64,000 nucleotides of DNA. It comes from Candidatus Marinacidobacterales bacterium (lineage in GTDB: Bacteria; Acidobacteriota; Vicinamibacteria; Marinacidobacterales; SMYC01). The notes below the pieces were generated by a model. The model saw nothing but the letters and a program-made list of their open reading frames with translations. It did not search any database and was not told the DNA's origin. The translations under genes and the position numbers were made by a program. This document shows positions 11,101 to 23,000 of the stretch, one piece after another. The DNA lies in contig OZ250169.1 of assembly GCA_965237955.1 (NCBI GenBank), positions 5,824,001 through 5,888,000 of the forward strand. The letters are read 5' to 3'. Numbering within the stretch: position 1 is the first letter of the stretch; each line of letters starts with the position of its first letter.

Positions 11101-13115
11101 TGGTCCGTGTGGGTGGAGCGGGGTGCGCTCAATCCAGTCGTGCAAGCGGGCAGGTTGGAGCTCGTGGCCGTGGGCACAACGGCGGCGTCTATCAGCAGTT
11201 CGCCACCGGCGGTGCGGGCTCGACGATTACGATCGATGGTTTCTGGGGAAGTGATCCAACGGTTGCCAATGCGCAATGGGCCGAGGTGCTCGTGATCGAT
11301 GGCACCCGAACGCCGACGAGCGGTCAGGACCTCAATGCCGGCCAACCCGACGTCGTTCTGATCCACAAAAACGATACTTGGATATCGCCCGGCGGTTGGT
11401 CGGCTCCAATGCCTCAGGGAAGCTTCACCGCGTCCGGCGACGTGGCAACGATCGTTCTCAAGAGCGGAAATCTCCTTTCCGTGAGCTCGGGAACGTTCTA
11501 TGACGACATCGTCGTTCGCGGCGCAGGCGGAGCTCCCCCCGGCAACCGGACGCCCACGGCACGCGCGACGGGGAATCCGTCCACGGGAACGGCGCCGCTT
11601 ACCGTCAGCTTCGATGCCAGCGCGTCGAGCGATCCCGATGCCGACACCCTCTCGTTCGCATGGGAGCTTGGAGACGGTGCGACAGCGTCGGGGCCTCTCG
11701 CCTCGCACACGTATACGGTTGCGGGGAGCTTCACTGCATCGGTCACGGTGAGCGACGGCCGCGGCGGAGAGGATACAGCGAATGTGTCGGTCACCGTCAG
11801 CGGTGCGAGTCCGCCTCCGGGTGGAGTTTCATGGGACCCGCGGCTTTCCACGCTCGGTCTCGAAGTCATCGAGGCGGACGTGCCGCCGGGCACGTGGTAT
11901 TGGAAGCTGACGACGGCGGTCTTCGAAAGCGACGGCGAGATCCTTCCACCCCCCGGTGGTGGAAGCGAATCGCACGGCACTCACGCGATCTACGTCAAGG
12001 CGCTCAATCCGGACGGCTCGCCGATCGAGAACCAGGAGGCGTTGGTATCGTGGCCGCGCGAGGACCCGACGCAACAATCGTCGATACGCACGAAGGCGGC
12101 CATCGACGATTTCTGGGGCGATTTTCCCATGGCGGGCGGATGGTGTCCTTTCTTTCCCGACGGGCCGCGCGGTCCCTATGGTGCGCGGGTCGCACCGGTC
12201 ACGGACGTCGCGAGCGACGAGGTTTGGGGCATGGGCATGCCGTGCAACCGCCACGTCAGCTACCGGCTGACGTGGAAATGGTCGCAGAAGGATTCAGGCC
12301 AGAGCAAGCTGAGCATCCATGGAGGCTTCGGCGGTCCACTGTCAATGCAGTTCGTCGACCGCGCCAAGCCGCGCATCGTGAAGATTCTCGACTCGTTCTC
12401 TGCGGCGCCCGAGATACGAAGACTCTCGCCCGAGACCGAGATCATCGGGCGCGCGTTTCTTCCAACGCAGCCGATGGACGGCGATCCCATACAGCGTGCA
12501 CGCGAGTGGTGGGATTCCCAGAGGGCCCTCATCCTCCAGTATCCGGACATCGACTATTGGGAGGCCTATAACGAGCCGATCATCCAAACCCCCGAGCTCA
12601 TGGCGTGGTATGCGGCCTTCGAGAGCGAGCGCGTGCGTCTTCTCGCCGAACACGGGCTCCGTGCCTGCATCGGGAACTTCTCGGTCGGAAATCCCGACCT
12701 GCCGCTGTGGCCACACTTTTATCCGGCATTCGATGCGGCGAAAGCACATGGCGGCATCCTCGGACTCCATGAGTACGGGACTCCGATGCAGCAACACTTC
12801 GACGAGTCCGTAGGCGAGGGCTGGTTCACCGGCCGGTACCGCAAACTCTATCGCCAGTACCTCATCCCGGCGGACAAGGACATTCCGCTCGCGATTACCG
12901 AGACCGGAGTCGACGTCGTAGCGCCGGTGGGGTGGAAGCACCATTTCACCGAGGAGGAGTACCTCGATCAGCTGATGTGGTACGACAGCATATTGCTCGA
13001 AGACGACTACGTTCTCGGGGCGACGATCTTCGCGCTCGAGATCCCCGGGTGGTGGAGCTTCGACATCGCTCCCATCGTCGATCGACGCGCCGATTACGTT
13101 GCGGTAGATCCTTAA
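8140..13115 (+). CDS. Large secreted multidomain protein: GH-A-like barrel, carboxypeptidase-regulatory domains, 2x (CBM-like + PKD), second GH-A-like barrel; frameshift near 11173
   Basis: Signal peptide; WNEP...THPY...ITE; two PKD repeats (PL.VSFD.S.SSD.D...W.FGDG); YNEP...LHEY...ITETG. ORFs 8140..11295 and 11100..13115 join at the repeated GHNGGVYQQF motif. Confidence 0.75.
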
Positions 13116-13159
13116 AGCCTCTGCGGTGATCTTTTCTTTTCGGAGAGTACTATAATAAA

Positions 13160-14251
13160 GTGGTGAGCGCGTTCACCGAGGTCGTTCCGACGCAATACTG
13201 GCACGAGCTGCCGGATGGTCGCATTCAATGCGACGTTTGCCCCCGGTTTTGCAAGCTGAAAGAGGGCCAACGGGGCATGTGCTTCGTGCGCGGGCGCGAG
13301 GAGGACGCGGTCGTCTTGACCACCTACGGCCGCTCGAGCGGGTTCTGCATCGACCCGATCGAGAAAAAGCCGCTCAATCACTTCTATCCCGGAAGCGCGG
13401 TGCTATCGTTCGGCACCGCGGGCTGCAATCTCGCTTGTCAGTTCTGCCAGAACTGGGACATCAGCAAATCACGCGAGGTGAATCGGCTCTCGGATAGCGC
13501 GACGCCGGACGCGATTGCGCGCGCGGCGGAAGAGCTCGGGTGCAAGAGCGTGGCGTTCACTTACAACGATCCGGTGATCTTCATGGAGTACGCCGTCGAC
13601 GTCGCCGATGCGTGCCGCGCGCGCGGCGTGAACGCGGTTGCGGTCACCGCGGGCTACATCGCCGAGGCTCCCCGCGCCGAGTTTTACCGGCACCTGGACG
13701 CGGCGAACATCGACCTCAAAGCATTCTCCGAGCGCTTCTACAAGAATGTATGTGCCGCGAGCCTCGCGCCGGTCCTCGAGACGCTCGAGTACGTGAAGCA
13801 CGAGACCAACGTGTGGTTCGAGCTCACGACACTCCTGATTCCGGGCGAGAACGATTCGGAGGAAGAGCTCGACGCGATGACCCAATGGGTGGTGTCACAC
13901 CTCGGACCGGACGTGCCGATGCACTTCACTGCGTTTCATCCCGATTGGAAAATGCTCGACAAACCAGCGACGCCACCGGCGACTCTGTTTCGCGCGCGCA
14001 CCATCGCTCTCGGGAACGGTGTCCGCTACGCCTACACCGGAAACGTCCACGACAAATCCGGGGGAAGCACGTACTGCCACGAGTGTGGTGAGGTACTCAT
14101 CGGGCGAGATTGGTACGAGCTGTCGGATTGGAACCTGATTGATGAAGGACGGTGCCGATTCTGCCGGTCGTCGTGTCCGGGTGTCTTCGAGGCCGAGCCC
14201 GGCGATTGGGGGGCGAAGCGTTTGCCGGTGCGGATGAAGGATTTTGCGTAG
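13160..14251 (+). CDS. amrS: AmmeMemoRadiSam system radical SAM enzyme
   Basis: CDVCPRFC, DPIEKKPL.HF.PG, CNLACQFCQNWDIS, FTYNDP. Confidence 0.9.
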   Translation: MVSAFTEVVPTQYWHELPDGRIQCDVCPRFCKLKEGQRGMCFVRGREEDAVVLTTYGRSSGFCIDPIEKKPLNHFYPGSAVLSFGTAGCNLACQFCQNWDISKSREVNRLSDSATPDAIARAAEELGCKSVAFTYNDPVIFMEYAVDVADACRARGVNAVAVTAGYIAEAPRAEFYRHLDAANIDLKAFSERFYKNVCAASLAPVLETLEYVKHETNVWFELTTLLIPGENDSEEELDAMTQWVVSHLGPDVPMHFTAFHPDWKMLDKPATPPATLFRARTIALGNGVRYAYTGNVHDKSGGSTYCHECGEVLIGRDWYELSDWNLIDEGRCRFCRSSCPGVFEAEPGDWGAKRLPVRMKDFA

Positions 14252-14287
14252 ATCTGCCGCGAGCCGTTTACTAGTGAGAGGATCTCA

Positions 14288-15394
14288 ATGACAAAGAAAC
14301 TCAGCCGACGTGAATTCGTGAAGACCGGTGCGGCCGCTGCAGGCCTGTCGGCGGCTCCGACGGTGTTGACCCCCCAGACGGGGAAGCCGGTCGTGATCTC
14401 GTCGAGCAACGGGTACCGCTACAAGAACGGCGGCACCGAGACATGCGTCGAGCGAGCGTTCCGGATGATTACCGAGGGTGAAGACGTTCTCGAAAGCTTG
14501 GTTGCGGGCGTGAATATCTTGGAGCTGGATCCCGCCGATACCAGCGTTGGATACGGTGGGCTCCCGAACGCAGACGGAGTGGTGCAGCTCGATTCGTGCT
14601 GCATGCATGGCCCCAAGAAGCGGGCCGGCGGAGTCGCAGCTCTCGAGGGTGTCCGCACGCCGTCTCTCGTGGCCCACGCGGTGATGGAGATGACCGACCA
14701 CCACCTGTTGGTCGGTGCGGGGGCGCAGACGTTCGCGCGGAACATGGGGTTCGAGATCCAAGACGACTTGAATACCGAAACGTCGCGCGAGCGCTGGCTC
14801 GACTGGAAGCGACGCATCGACCCGGGCCACTATCTCAATCCGCAGGAGCGAGCGGAGGCTGGCTACAAGGCGGGTCTTCAGATGGTGCGTGAAGGCCTCA
14901 TCGACGAAGACCATTTCTACGGCACCATCAACTGCAACGGCATCGCCCCGAACGGTGACGTTTGCGGAGTGACGACCACCAGCGGTATGGCGTTCAAGAT
15001 TCCGGGACGGGTCGGCGACTCTCCGATCCTCGGAGCCGGGCTCTATGTGGACGGCGACGTCGGCGCGGCGGGGTCGACGGGACGCGGCGAGGCGAATCTC
15101 TACGGGTTGTGCTCGTTCGTCATCGTAGAAGAAATGCGTCGCGGCGCCCACCCGAAGGATGCTGGCATGGAAGCGCTCCGTCGGGCGAAGGAGGCTACGG
15201 TGGAAAGGCGGCTTTTGAACGACCGCGGCCTCCCGAATTTCGATCTGACGTTCTACGCGCTCAACAAGAAGGGCGAATTCGCAGGAGTCGACTTCTACGC
15301 GTCCGAGACATCCACATACGCCGTGTGCACCGAGAACGGACCGGAGCTACTACCCATAGAGCCGCTGTTCGAGGAAAGCGCCACCGACGACTAG
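14288..15394 (+). CDS. Tat-exported N(4)-(beta-N-acetylglucosaminyl)-L-asparaginase / asparaginase-2 family
   Basis: SRREFVK Tat motif, SVGYGGLPN, GTI nucleophile, TTTSG..FKIPGRVGDSP. Confidence 0.88.
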   Translation: MTKKLSRREFVKTGAAAAGLSAAPTVLTPQTGKPVVISSSNGYRYKNGGTETCVERAFRMITEGEDVLESLVAGVNILELDPADTSVGYGGLPNADGVVQLDSCCMHGPKKRAGGVAALEGVRTPSLVAHAVMEMTDHHLLVGAGAQTFARNMGFEIQDDLNTETSRERWLDWKRRIDPGHYLNPQERAEAGYKAGLQMVREGLIDEDHFYGTINCNGIAPNGDVCGVTTTSGMAFKIPGRVGDSPILGAGLYVDGDVGAAGSTGRGEANLYGLCSFVIVEEMRRGAHPKDAGMEALRRAKEATVERRLLNDRGLPNFDLTFYALNKKGEFAGVDFYASETSTYAVCTENGPELLPIEPLFEESATDD

Positions 15395-15470
15395 AACGGC
15401 AATCGCGCGAACAACTTGCGGGGATCGTTCCTCCGGAATAAGATGACTTTTTTCGAGCAGGGAAGCTTCG

Positions 15471-16823
15471 TTGAGAGTTCTGGGAATCACCGCAGGTGCG
15501 GCCAACATGTACTGCGGGAGCTGTCTTCGCGACAACGCTCTTGCGGCCGAGCTGAGACGTCAGGGTCACGACGTGACCCTCGTCCCCGTCTACACCCCGA
15601 CCCGCACCGACGAGCCGAACGTCAGTGAAGAGCGCGTCCTCTACGGAGGCGTGAACGTCTACCTGCAACAGGTCGTTCCGCTATTCCGGCGGACTCCCGA
15701 GTTCGTGGATCGGGTCTTCGACTCGAAGTGGGTCATGAAGCTCTTGAGCCGACTGCCGGTCTCGACCGACCCAGCGGAGCTCGGCGATTTGACAGTCTCG
15801 ACTCTCAAAGGCGAAAGCGGTTTCCAACGGAAAGAAGTCAACAAGCTCACTGCTTGGCTGACCGCCCAACCCCGGCCCGACGTCGTCGTCCTTCCGAACT
15901 CGTTGATGATTGGCCTGGCGCGGCCGCTAGCGCGGGCACTGCAAGTGCCCATCGCGTGCACTCTTCAAGGAGAAGATTTGTTTCTGGATGGGCTCTCCGA
16001 AGCGCACCGGGCCGAAGCCATCAGCCTCATTCGCGACCAAGTGCAGTTTGTCGACGGCTTTATGGCGGTGAGCGACTACTACGCCGGGTTCATGGCGAAT
16101 CTTCTCTCGATCCCGGCGGAGAAGATGGCGATAGTGCCACTCGGGATCAATTTCGACGGCTACGCGCCGAGCACGCCGCCGAGTACGTCGACGGACACGC
16201 CGCTCAAGATCGGCTATTTGGCTCGAATCGCTCCCGAAAAAGGTCTGCACAACCTCGTCGAGGCGTATCGGCTGTTGCGCGAGCGCGACGACGTGCCCCC
16301 GACTCGGTTGGAAGTGGCCGGCTATCTGGGGCGTGAGCACCGTGGCTACCTGGCAAAACTCAGCGCCGAGATCGCACGCTACGGTCTGGCGGACGAGTTT
16401 CATTACCACGGTGTTTTGGACCGACGCGAAAAGATCGAATTTCTCCAGTCTCTATCGCTGGTGTCGGTTCCGACGGACTACGAGGAGCCCAAGGGAATCT
16501 TTGTGCTCGAGGCCATGGCTGCCGGCGTTCCGGTAGTGCAGCCACGACGTGGCGCATTTCCGGAGCTTCTCGGGCGAACCGGCGGTGGCAAGCTCGTCGA
16601 GGCCGGCAACAGTGGGGAGCTCGCCGAGGCTTTGGCCTCTCTCGTGCGGGACGCCGGCGAGCGACGCGAGCTCGGACGCCGAGCGGCGGAAGGCGTCCGG
16701 CTTCACTACCCGGTAGAGATGATGGCGCGGCGATCCATCGCTGCATTCGAGAAACTGGTCGAGCGGGAGCGGGTCGGCCCTGTCGGTAAAGTAGAGGGCG
16801 TTGCGACGGGAGTGACGATTTGA
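15471..16823 (+). CDS. Glycosyltransferase family 4
   Basis: GT-B fold, ARIAPEKG, EPKGIFVLEAMAAGVPVV; unusual N-terminal MYCGSCLRDN CxxC. Confidence 0.88.
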   Translation: MRVLGITAGAANMYCGSCLRDNALAAELRRQGHDVTLVPVYTPTRTDEPNVSEERVLYGGVNVYLQQVVPLFRRTPEFVDRVFDSKWVMKLLSRLPVSTDPAELGDLTVSTLKGESGFQRKEVNKLTAWLTAQPRPDVVVLPNSLMIGLARPLARALQVPIACTLQGEDLFLDGLSEAHRAEAISLIRDQVQFVDGFMAVSDYYAGFMANLLSIPAEKMAIVPLGINFDGYAPSTPPSTSTDTPLKIGYLARIAPEKGLHNLVEAYRLLRERDDVPPTRLEVAGYLGREHRGYLAKLSAEIARYGLADEFHYHGVLDRREKIEFLQSLSLVSVPTDYEEPKGIFVLEAMAAGVPVVQPRRGAFPELLGRTGGGKLVEAGNSGELAEALASLVRDAGERRELGRRAAEGVRLHYPVEMMARRSIAAFEKLVERERVGPVGKVEGVATGVTI

Positions 16824-17923
16824 ACGAGTTGAGCACGAGTCTCGAAGAAAGAAAGTCGGGAGCCAAAGCGGCGCTCGACGATCACGTTCGTGAGATCGTC
16901 CAATGGCACTTCGACCCGGACAAAGGAACGCCTTTTTGGCTCGAGTACGCCGAGAAACTGAACTTTGATCCACGTAAAGACATCCACAGTTTCGAAGACC
17001 TGCGCAAGTTCCCCCTGTTCGAGGACGAGTGGCTGCGTGGAGGACCCGTGAGGCGATGGGTACCGAATCTGTACCACGATCGCCCCATCCATGTGTTCGA
17101 GACGGGAGGCACGACCGGGATTCCGAAGAGCCGGATCGCCATCGAAGATTTCCGAATCGACTATGAGCTCTTCAGCGACACGTTGCCCGATGAGTACTTC
17201 CCCAAAGGCTCGAACTGGCTCATGCTCGGCCCCAGCGGGCCGCGCCGCCTCCGTCTCGCGGTGGAGCATCTCGCTCAGTATCGTGGAGGCATTTGCTTTT
17301 GCCTCGACCTCGATCCGCGATGGGTGATCAAGCTCATCAACAAAGGTTGGAAGGAACACCTCGAAGCGTACAAGAATCATGTGATCGACCAGGCGATGAC
17401 TCTCTTGAGCGCCGGACACGACCTCAAAGTTCTATTCACAACACCCAAGCTGCTCGAAGCGTTCGCGCTCCGCCTCGAAGACGAAGGCTCGAGCCTGAAA
17501 GAAGCAGGATTTACAGGGGTCTTCTCCGGCGGTACCGAGTTCACGCCGCAGTGGACAAGGTTTGCGGTGGAGGAGCTTCTCGACGGTGTCTACATCACGC
17601 CGACTTACGGAAACACGCTCATGGGGCTCGCGGCCTCGCGACCGGTGGGCCCGGACGACGGCTACAAGATCACGTACTACGCCCCGCAGCCGCGGGCGGT
17701 CGTCGAAGTCGTCGACCCCGATGACGGCACCACCGTTGTCGACTACGGCGAGACCGGCCGGGTCCGTCTCACCACCTTGACGAAAGAGTTCTTCGTCCCC
17801 GGTTTTCTCGAACGGGACGAGGGTGAGCGCGAGCCTCCCTACGATGCTTACCCGTGGGATGGAGTCAGCGGCGTGAGACCCTTCCAGAAATTCGCGTCGA
17901 CCACGACGGTGGGCGTCTACTAG
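16820..17923 (+). CDS. EhpF-like adenylate-forming (ANL-like) enzyme
   Basis: WHFDPDKGTPFWL...NFDP, P-loop VFETGGTTGIPK, YGNT, FLERD; pattern recalled from Pantoea EhpF. Confidence 0.75.
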   Translation: MNELSTSLEERKSGAKAALDDHVREIVQWHFDPDKGTPFWLEYAEKLNFDPRKDIHSFEDLRKFPLFEDEWLRGGPVRRWVPNLYHDRPIHVFETGGTTGIPKSRIAIEDFRIDYELFSDTLPDEYFPKGSNWLMLGPSGPRRLRLAVEHLAQYRGGICFCLDLDPRWVIKLINKGWKEHLEAYKNHVIDQAMTLLSAGHDLKVLFTTPKLLEAFALRLEDEGSSLKEAGFTGVFSGGTEFTPQWTRFAVEELLDGVYITPTYGNTLMGLAASRPVGPDDGYKITYYAPQPRAVVEVVDPDDGTTVVDYGETGRVRLTTLTKEFFVPGFLERDEGEREPPYDAYPWDGVSGVRPFQKFASTTTVGVY

Positions 17924-17956
17924 TAATTAGTAATTAGTGTTAGCGGCGATCCGACC

Positions 17957-19384
17957 ATGATCAACATTCCGGTTCTGCGGTGGGGAAGTCCTTACGAAAG
18001 CCTCGAGACCGACACCGTCGTTCACTTCGATACCGGCGAGGAGCTCGCCAAAGTCGGTCTCGCGAACGGCGGGCTCATCCAGCGAGACATGCGCAAAGCG
18101 CAGCGGGCGCGCGACTTGCTGCGTGAGATCCCACCCGTCGAGTTGATCGGCATGGTGACGAAGGCCGCGGACCTCTACATGGAGGCCGAGTTGCCGCTTG
18201 GTGATGGGACGCAGGGACCTGACGATTTCCTCAAGTATCAATCCGCGACGACAGGGCTTCCCGAGCACATGTGCCGGGCGAACATGGAGAAAAACCATTT
18301 CGTTCTGACTCGCATGGACGAAGTGCTCGACGCCCTCACCCGCGGATTGGATCTGTCCATCCTGAGTCAGGGGCACGGTGTCGAAGAACGCGGAGTGCGA
18401 CTCAGCTTCCAGGCGCAAACACCGGTGTTGGGGCTGGTGCTACCGTCGAATTCTCCCGGTGTCCACACGTTGTGGATGCCCGTGATCCCGCTCCAAGTCG
18501 GGCTCGTGTTCAAACCCGGACCCCAAGAGCCATGGACGCCCTACCGCATGGCGGGCGCGTTTTTCGAGGCGGGCGTTCCGCGAGAGACGATCTCCATCTA
18601 TCCGGGACTCGGCGACATCGGCGCCGCGGTGCTCGCGAGATGTCCCCGTAGTATGATTTTCGGCGGTACCCCGACCGTCGAGCGCTACAAGAACGATCCG
18701 CGAGTGCAGGTACACGGCCCGGGCTTCAGCAAGATCCTTCTCGGCGACGATGTTGTCGACGATTGGGAGAAATACCTCGACGTGATGGTCGACAGTGTTC
18801 TCGTCAACAGCGGACGAAGCTGCATCAACTGCTCCGGAATCTGGGCATCGCGGAACACCCGAGAGATCGCGGAAGCCATCGCCGAGCGTATCGGTCCGAC
18901 CGCGCCGCTGCCGCCGGAGAATCCGGAAAGCGCTCTCGCCGCATTCACCGTTCCGGGAGTCGCCGAAACCATCTCCGCTGAGATCGACCGCCATCTCGAG
19001 GAGGCGGGCACGGAAGAGGTGACGAAAAAATATCGCGGAGAAGACTCCGAGCGCCTCGTACCCCGAGATCGGTGTGACTACCTTCGTCCCACCGTGATCC
19101 ATTGTGAGTCGGCCGATCAATGGCTCGCGAACAAGGAGTACATGTTCCCCTTTGTTTCAGTGGTCGAGTGCGAGCAGAAAAACATGATCCGTGAGATCGG
19201 ACCGACACTCGTCGGTAGCGCTATCACCTTCGATGAGTCGTTCCGTCAACAACTCCTCGACGCCGTTCACATCGACCGACTGAACGTCGGACCAGTGCCG
19301 ACGATCCGGCTCAACTGGCTGCAACCGCACGAGGGCAACATCATCGACTTCCTGTTCCGCGCTCGCGCCTACCAGGAGGCGTGA
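17957..19384 (+). CDS. Aldehyde dehydrogenase / acyl-reductase (EhpG/LuxC-like)
   Basis: VLPSNSPGVH, KPGPQEPWTP, HGPGFSK, catalytic NSGRSCINCS, EYMFPF. Confidence 0.8.
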   Translation: MINIPVLRWGSPYESLETDTVVHFDTGEELAKVGLANGGLIQRDMRKAQRARDLLREIPPVELIGMVTKAADLYMEAELPLGDGTQGPDDFLKYQSATTGLPEHMCRANMEKNHFVLTRMDEVLDALTRGLDLSILSQGHGVEERGVRLSFQAQTPVLGLVLPSNSPGVHTLWMPVIPLQVGLVFKPGPQEPWTPYRMAGAFFEAGVPRETISIYPGLGDIGAAVLARCPRSMIFGGTPTVERYKNDPRVQVHGPGFSKILLGDDVVDDWEKYLDVMVDSVLVNSGRSCINCSGIWASRNTREIAEAIAERIGPTAPLPPENPESALAAFTVPGVAETISAEIDRHLEEAGTEEVTKKYRGEDSERLVPRDRCDYLRPTVIHCESADQWLANKEYMFPFVSVVECEQKNMIREIGPTLVGSAITFDESFRQQLLDAVHIDRLNVGPVPTIRLNWLQPHEGNIIDFLFRARAYQEA

Positions 19385-20061
19385 TCGAAGGCGACTCAGT
19401 GCTCGAAGCCCACGATCTCTTCAAAGAATTCCCGACACCTATTGGTGCTCTTCGGATCCTGAAGGGCATCTCCCTCGACCTTGCTCCGGGCGACGCCGTT
19501 TCGATCATGGGCCCGTCCGGCGGCGGGAAGAGCACGCTCCTGTTTCTTCTCGGCGCGCTCGACACGCCGACTTCGGGGAGCATCGAACTCGACGGGCGAA
19601 ACCCGTTCGAGCTCTCGGAGCCGGAGCTCGCGGAGTTTCGCAATGCACAAGTCGGCTTCGTTTTTCAGGATCACTGCCTGTTGCCGCAATGCACCGTCCT
19701 CGAGAACGTGCTCGCCCCGACGCTCGTCGCCCCTCCAGGCGAATACCGGAAGCGGGCGGAAGAGCTTCTAGACCAAGTCGGCCTGCGTGAGCGGATCACC
19801 CACCGTCCCGCCGAGCTCTCCGGTGGCGAAAAGCAACGCGTTGCGATCGCGCGCGCGCTGATTCGTCAACCCCAATTGTTACTCTGCGACGAACCGACAG
19901 GGAACCTGGACGGCGACAACGCGCAGACGGTGACATCGCTGTTGCTGGATCTGCAAGAACGCGAAAAGAGGATCCTGGTTGTCGTCACCCACAGCCCCGA
20001 GCTAGCGGATCGCTTCCCTAAGCGAATGGAGCTGAAAAACGGGACGCTTCGAGAGCGATGA
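19381..20061 (+). CDS. ABC transporter ATP-binding protein (LolD/MacB-like)
   Basis: GPSGGGKS, LSGGEKQRVAIARAL, DEPTGNLD, VTH. Confidence 0.93.
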   Translation: MIEGDSVLEAHDLFKEFPTPIGALRILKGISLDLAPGDAVSIMGPSGGGKSTLLFLLGALDTPTSGSIELDGRNPFELSEPELAEFRNAQVGFVFQDHCLLPQCTVLENVLAPTLVAPPGEYRKRAEELLDQVGLRERITHRPAELSGGEKQRVAIARALIRQPQLLLCDEPTGNLDGDNAQTVTSLLLDLQEREKRILVVVTHSPELADRFPKRMELKNGTLRER

Positions 20062-23000
20062 AGCTTCGCGAGCTCGTCCACAGAAACCTCGTCTACTTCT
20101 GGCGGACGAATCTGGCGGTTTTCGGCGGGGTGGCGGTCGCGGTCGGGGTCCTTACCGGAGCGCTCTTCGTTGGGGATTCGGTTCGGGGGAGTCTTCGCGA
20201 GCTGTTCTTGTCGCGACTCGGCAACACAGAAACCGTCATCATCGCCAACAACTTCCTTCGGGAAGAGCTTGCGAGCGACATCGGGGCGGACCCTGTACGT
20301 ACTGTCCCGCTCATAGCGTTCGTCGGAATGGTGACGCACGAGCCCAGTGGTCGACGAAGGGCGGATGTCCAAGTGTACGGCGTCGACGAGCGTTTTTGGT
20401 CGTTTCACGATGTTGGCAATCGTGAGCTTTCCGGGCGTGATGCGCTCGTGACCTCGAGTCTTCGAGATGAGCTCGGAAGCCGCGGCGGAGATGTACTGTT
20501 ACTTCGCGTCGAGCGTCCTTCCGCCGTCGCACGTGGATCGCTCCATGGTCTCAAGGAAGACAACGGCCGGACGCTGAGACTCACGGTGCGCGACGAGGCA
20601 GCGCCCGAGCTCTCGATGTATCCACAACAGGATGCGGTGCGGGCGGTGTTCGTGCCGCTCGCGCGGCTCCAGCGGGATCTCGGTCAGGAGGACAAGGTCA
20701 ATAAAATTCTCGTCGGAGGCGATCTCGATAGCGCGGAGGTTCGGGAGCGGTTGCGAACGAGCGCCAAGCTTTCGGATCTCGGCGTGCGTGTTCGTGTGCT
20801 CGAAGCGCGTGGGGCGCTCTCCGTCGAGTCGGACGCGCTGATGTTGAGTGAGCCTATCGTCGCTGCTGCTCGCGCGGAGGCAGCGGCGCGTAGCATGGCG
20901 TCGACCTCCATTTTCACCTATCTCGCGAACACGCTCGAGGTGGGTGACAGTACAGTGCCCTATTCGCTCGTGACCGCACTCGACGACAAAGCCTACACGT
21001 CACTCCTCGAAGGTGAGCGACCTATGTCGCCGAGCCTCGTTCTGAACTCGTGGGCGGCGTCGGACTTGGGCGCGGAGCGGGGTGATTCGCTCACGATGGA
21101 GTTTTACGTCTGGCGGAACGAGGGGCAGATCGAAACCCACACCGCGGATTTCGTCGTCGATGGCGTGATCGAGATGGAAGGGTGGGGGGCCGATCGTGAT
21201 GTCGCGCCCGAGTTCCCAGGCATCTCGGCGACCGAGGATCTCGCCGATTGGGACCCGCCATTTCCGATCGATTTGCGGCGTGTGCGTGACAAAGACGAAG
21301 ACTACTGGGATGAGCATCGGACGACGCCGAAGGCATTCATCCGCCTTGCTCGGGGTCAACGTCTTTGGCCGGTGCAGCAGGGGACACTGACGTCGTTTCG
21401 GCTCGAGAGCGATCAACCGACGGAAGACGTTTTTGATATCGAATCCGGATTGCGAGCGCGGCTAGACCCGCTCGACATGGGATTTTCCGTCATCCCCGCG
21501 CGCGTGGAAGGCGTTGCCGCTTCACGTGGGGCCACAGACTTCGGCGAATATTTTGTCTACTTCAGCTACTTTCTCGTCGTAGCCGCACTCCTTCTGACCG
21601 GGTTGTTCTTCAAGCTCGGTGTCGAGCAGCGCCTTCGCGAGATCGGGACGCTACGCGCAGTCGGTTTTTCCGTCGCCACCATCCGACGCGTTTTTTGGCT
21701 CGAGGGTGCGGCGCTGTCCGTCGCTGGAGGTATCGTTGGGATCGGCATTGCCTTGGGCTACGCGTGGATCGTCATGTACGGTCTTCGTACCTGGTGGGTC
21801 GACGCCGTCGGAACGCGTTTGCTCACACTTCACGTGAGCACGACGTCGCTCGTCATCGGCTTGGTGGGTGGCGTCACGGTGGCGAGTGTTTCGATCGCCC
21901 TGACGCTCCGGCACTTGGAAAAGATTCCACCCCGTCGCTTGCTCTCCGGAGACGTCGGACGGGAAACGTCGTCAACTGTCAGAAAGACCTCACGCAGGGC
22001 GGGGGTGACGGCATTGGTGACGCTCGCTCTTGGCATTGCGCTCGTTGCAGCCGCGAGCACCGACATCGGCATCATCAGTCAAGTGTTCGGGTTCTTTGGC
22101 GCGGGGAACCTGTTTCTGGTCTCGGCGCTCCTGTTCCAGTGGGTATGGTTGCGATCCGACTCGCAACGCGCGGTCGCCGGACACTTTGGCCAGGGTTTGG
22201 TGGCGATCTCACGCCTCGGTTTTCGGAACGCAACCTATCGGCCGGGTAGAAGCCTGGTCGCCATTGCCCTCATCGCCTTCGCGAGCTTCACCATCGTCGC
22301 CATGGACGCGTTTCGAAAAAACGATGACGCCATCGAGTTGGTGCGCAACTCGGGAAGCGGGGGCTATCCGCTCGTGGCCGAATCGCTGCTGCCACTCCAC
22401 TGGGATCCGAACACCGAAGAAGGCCGGGACGCGGCCAACTTGCCGTACCCGGGTGACCCGGATGCCGTCGACATGCGCATCGAGACGTTTCGTTTGCGAC
22501 CCGGTGATGACGCGAGCTGTCTCAATCTCTACCGTCCGCAGAACCCGAGAGTGCTCGCCGTCAGCGCGGAGTTCATTCACGAGAGCCGCTTCCGGTTCAA
22601 CGCCTCTCTCGCATCGACACCTGAGGAAGAGGAGAACCCATGGCTCTTGCTCAACGAGAGCTTCTCCGATGGTGCCGTTCCTGTTATCGGCGACGCCAAC
22701 TCGATGACCTATGTCCTCCATCTCGGACTCGGCGACGATTTCCTGTTGCCGCGCGTCGGAGAGACACCGTTGCGGCTGCGTCTGGTAGCGACTCTCGCGG
22801 ACAGCATCTTCCAAGGTGAGTTGTTGATGTCGGAAGATCGCTTTCTCACTCAGTTTCCGCGGGTCGACGGGTTTCGCTTCCTTCTCGTGGACACGCCAGA
22901 ACCGGAAGCCGCTTTGAATCTTCTCGAGCAACGTCTTTCGGATTTCGGCCTGGACGTGCAGTCGACGTCTCAGAAGCTCGCGGGATTTCACCGCGTGGAG

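Noticed and set aside
17921-17943. TAGTAATTAGTAATTAG short repeat between the EhpF-like and ALDH-like genes
   Set aside because: A 7-bp duplication at a stop codon with no further copies or structure
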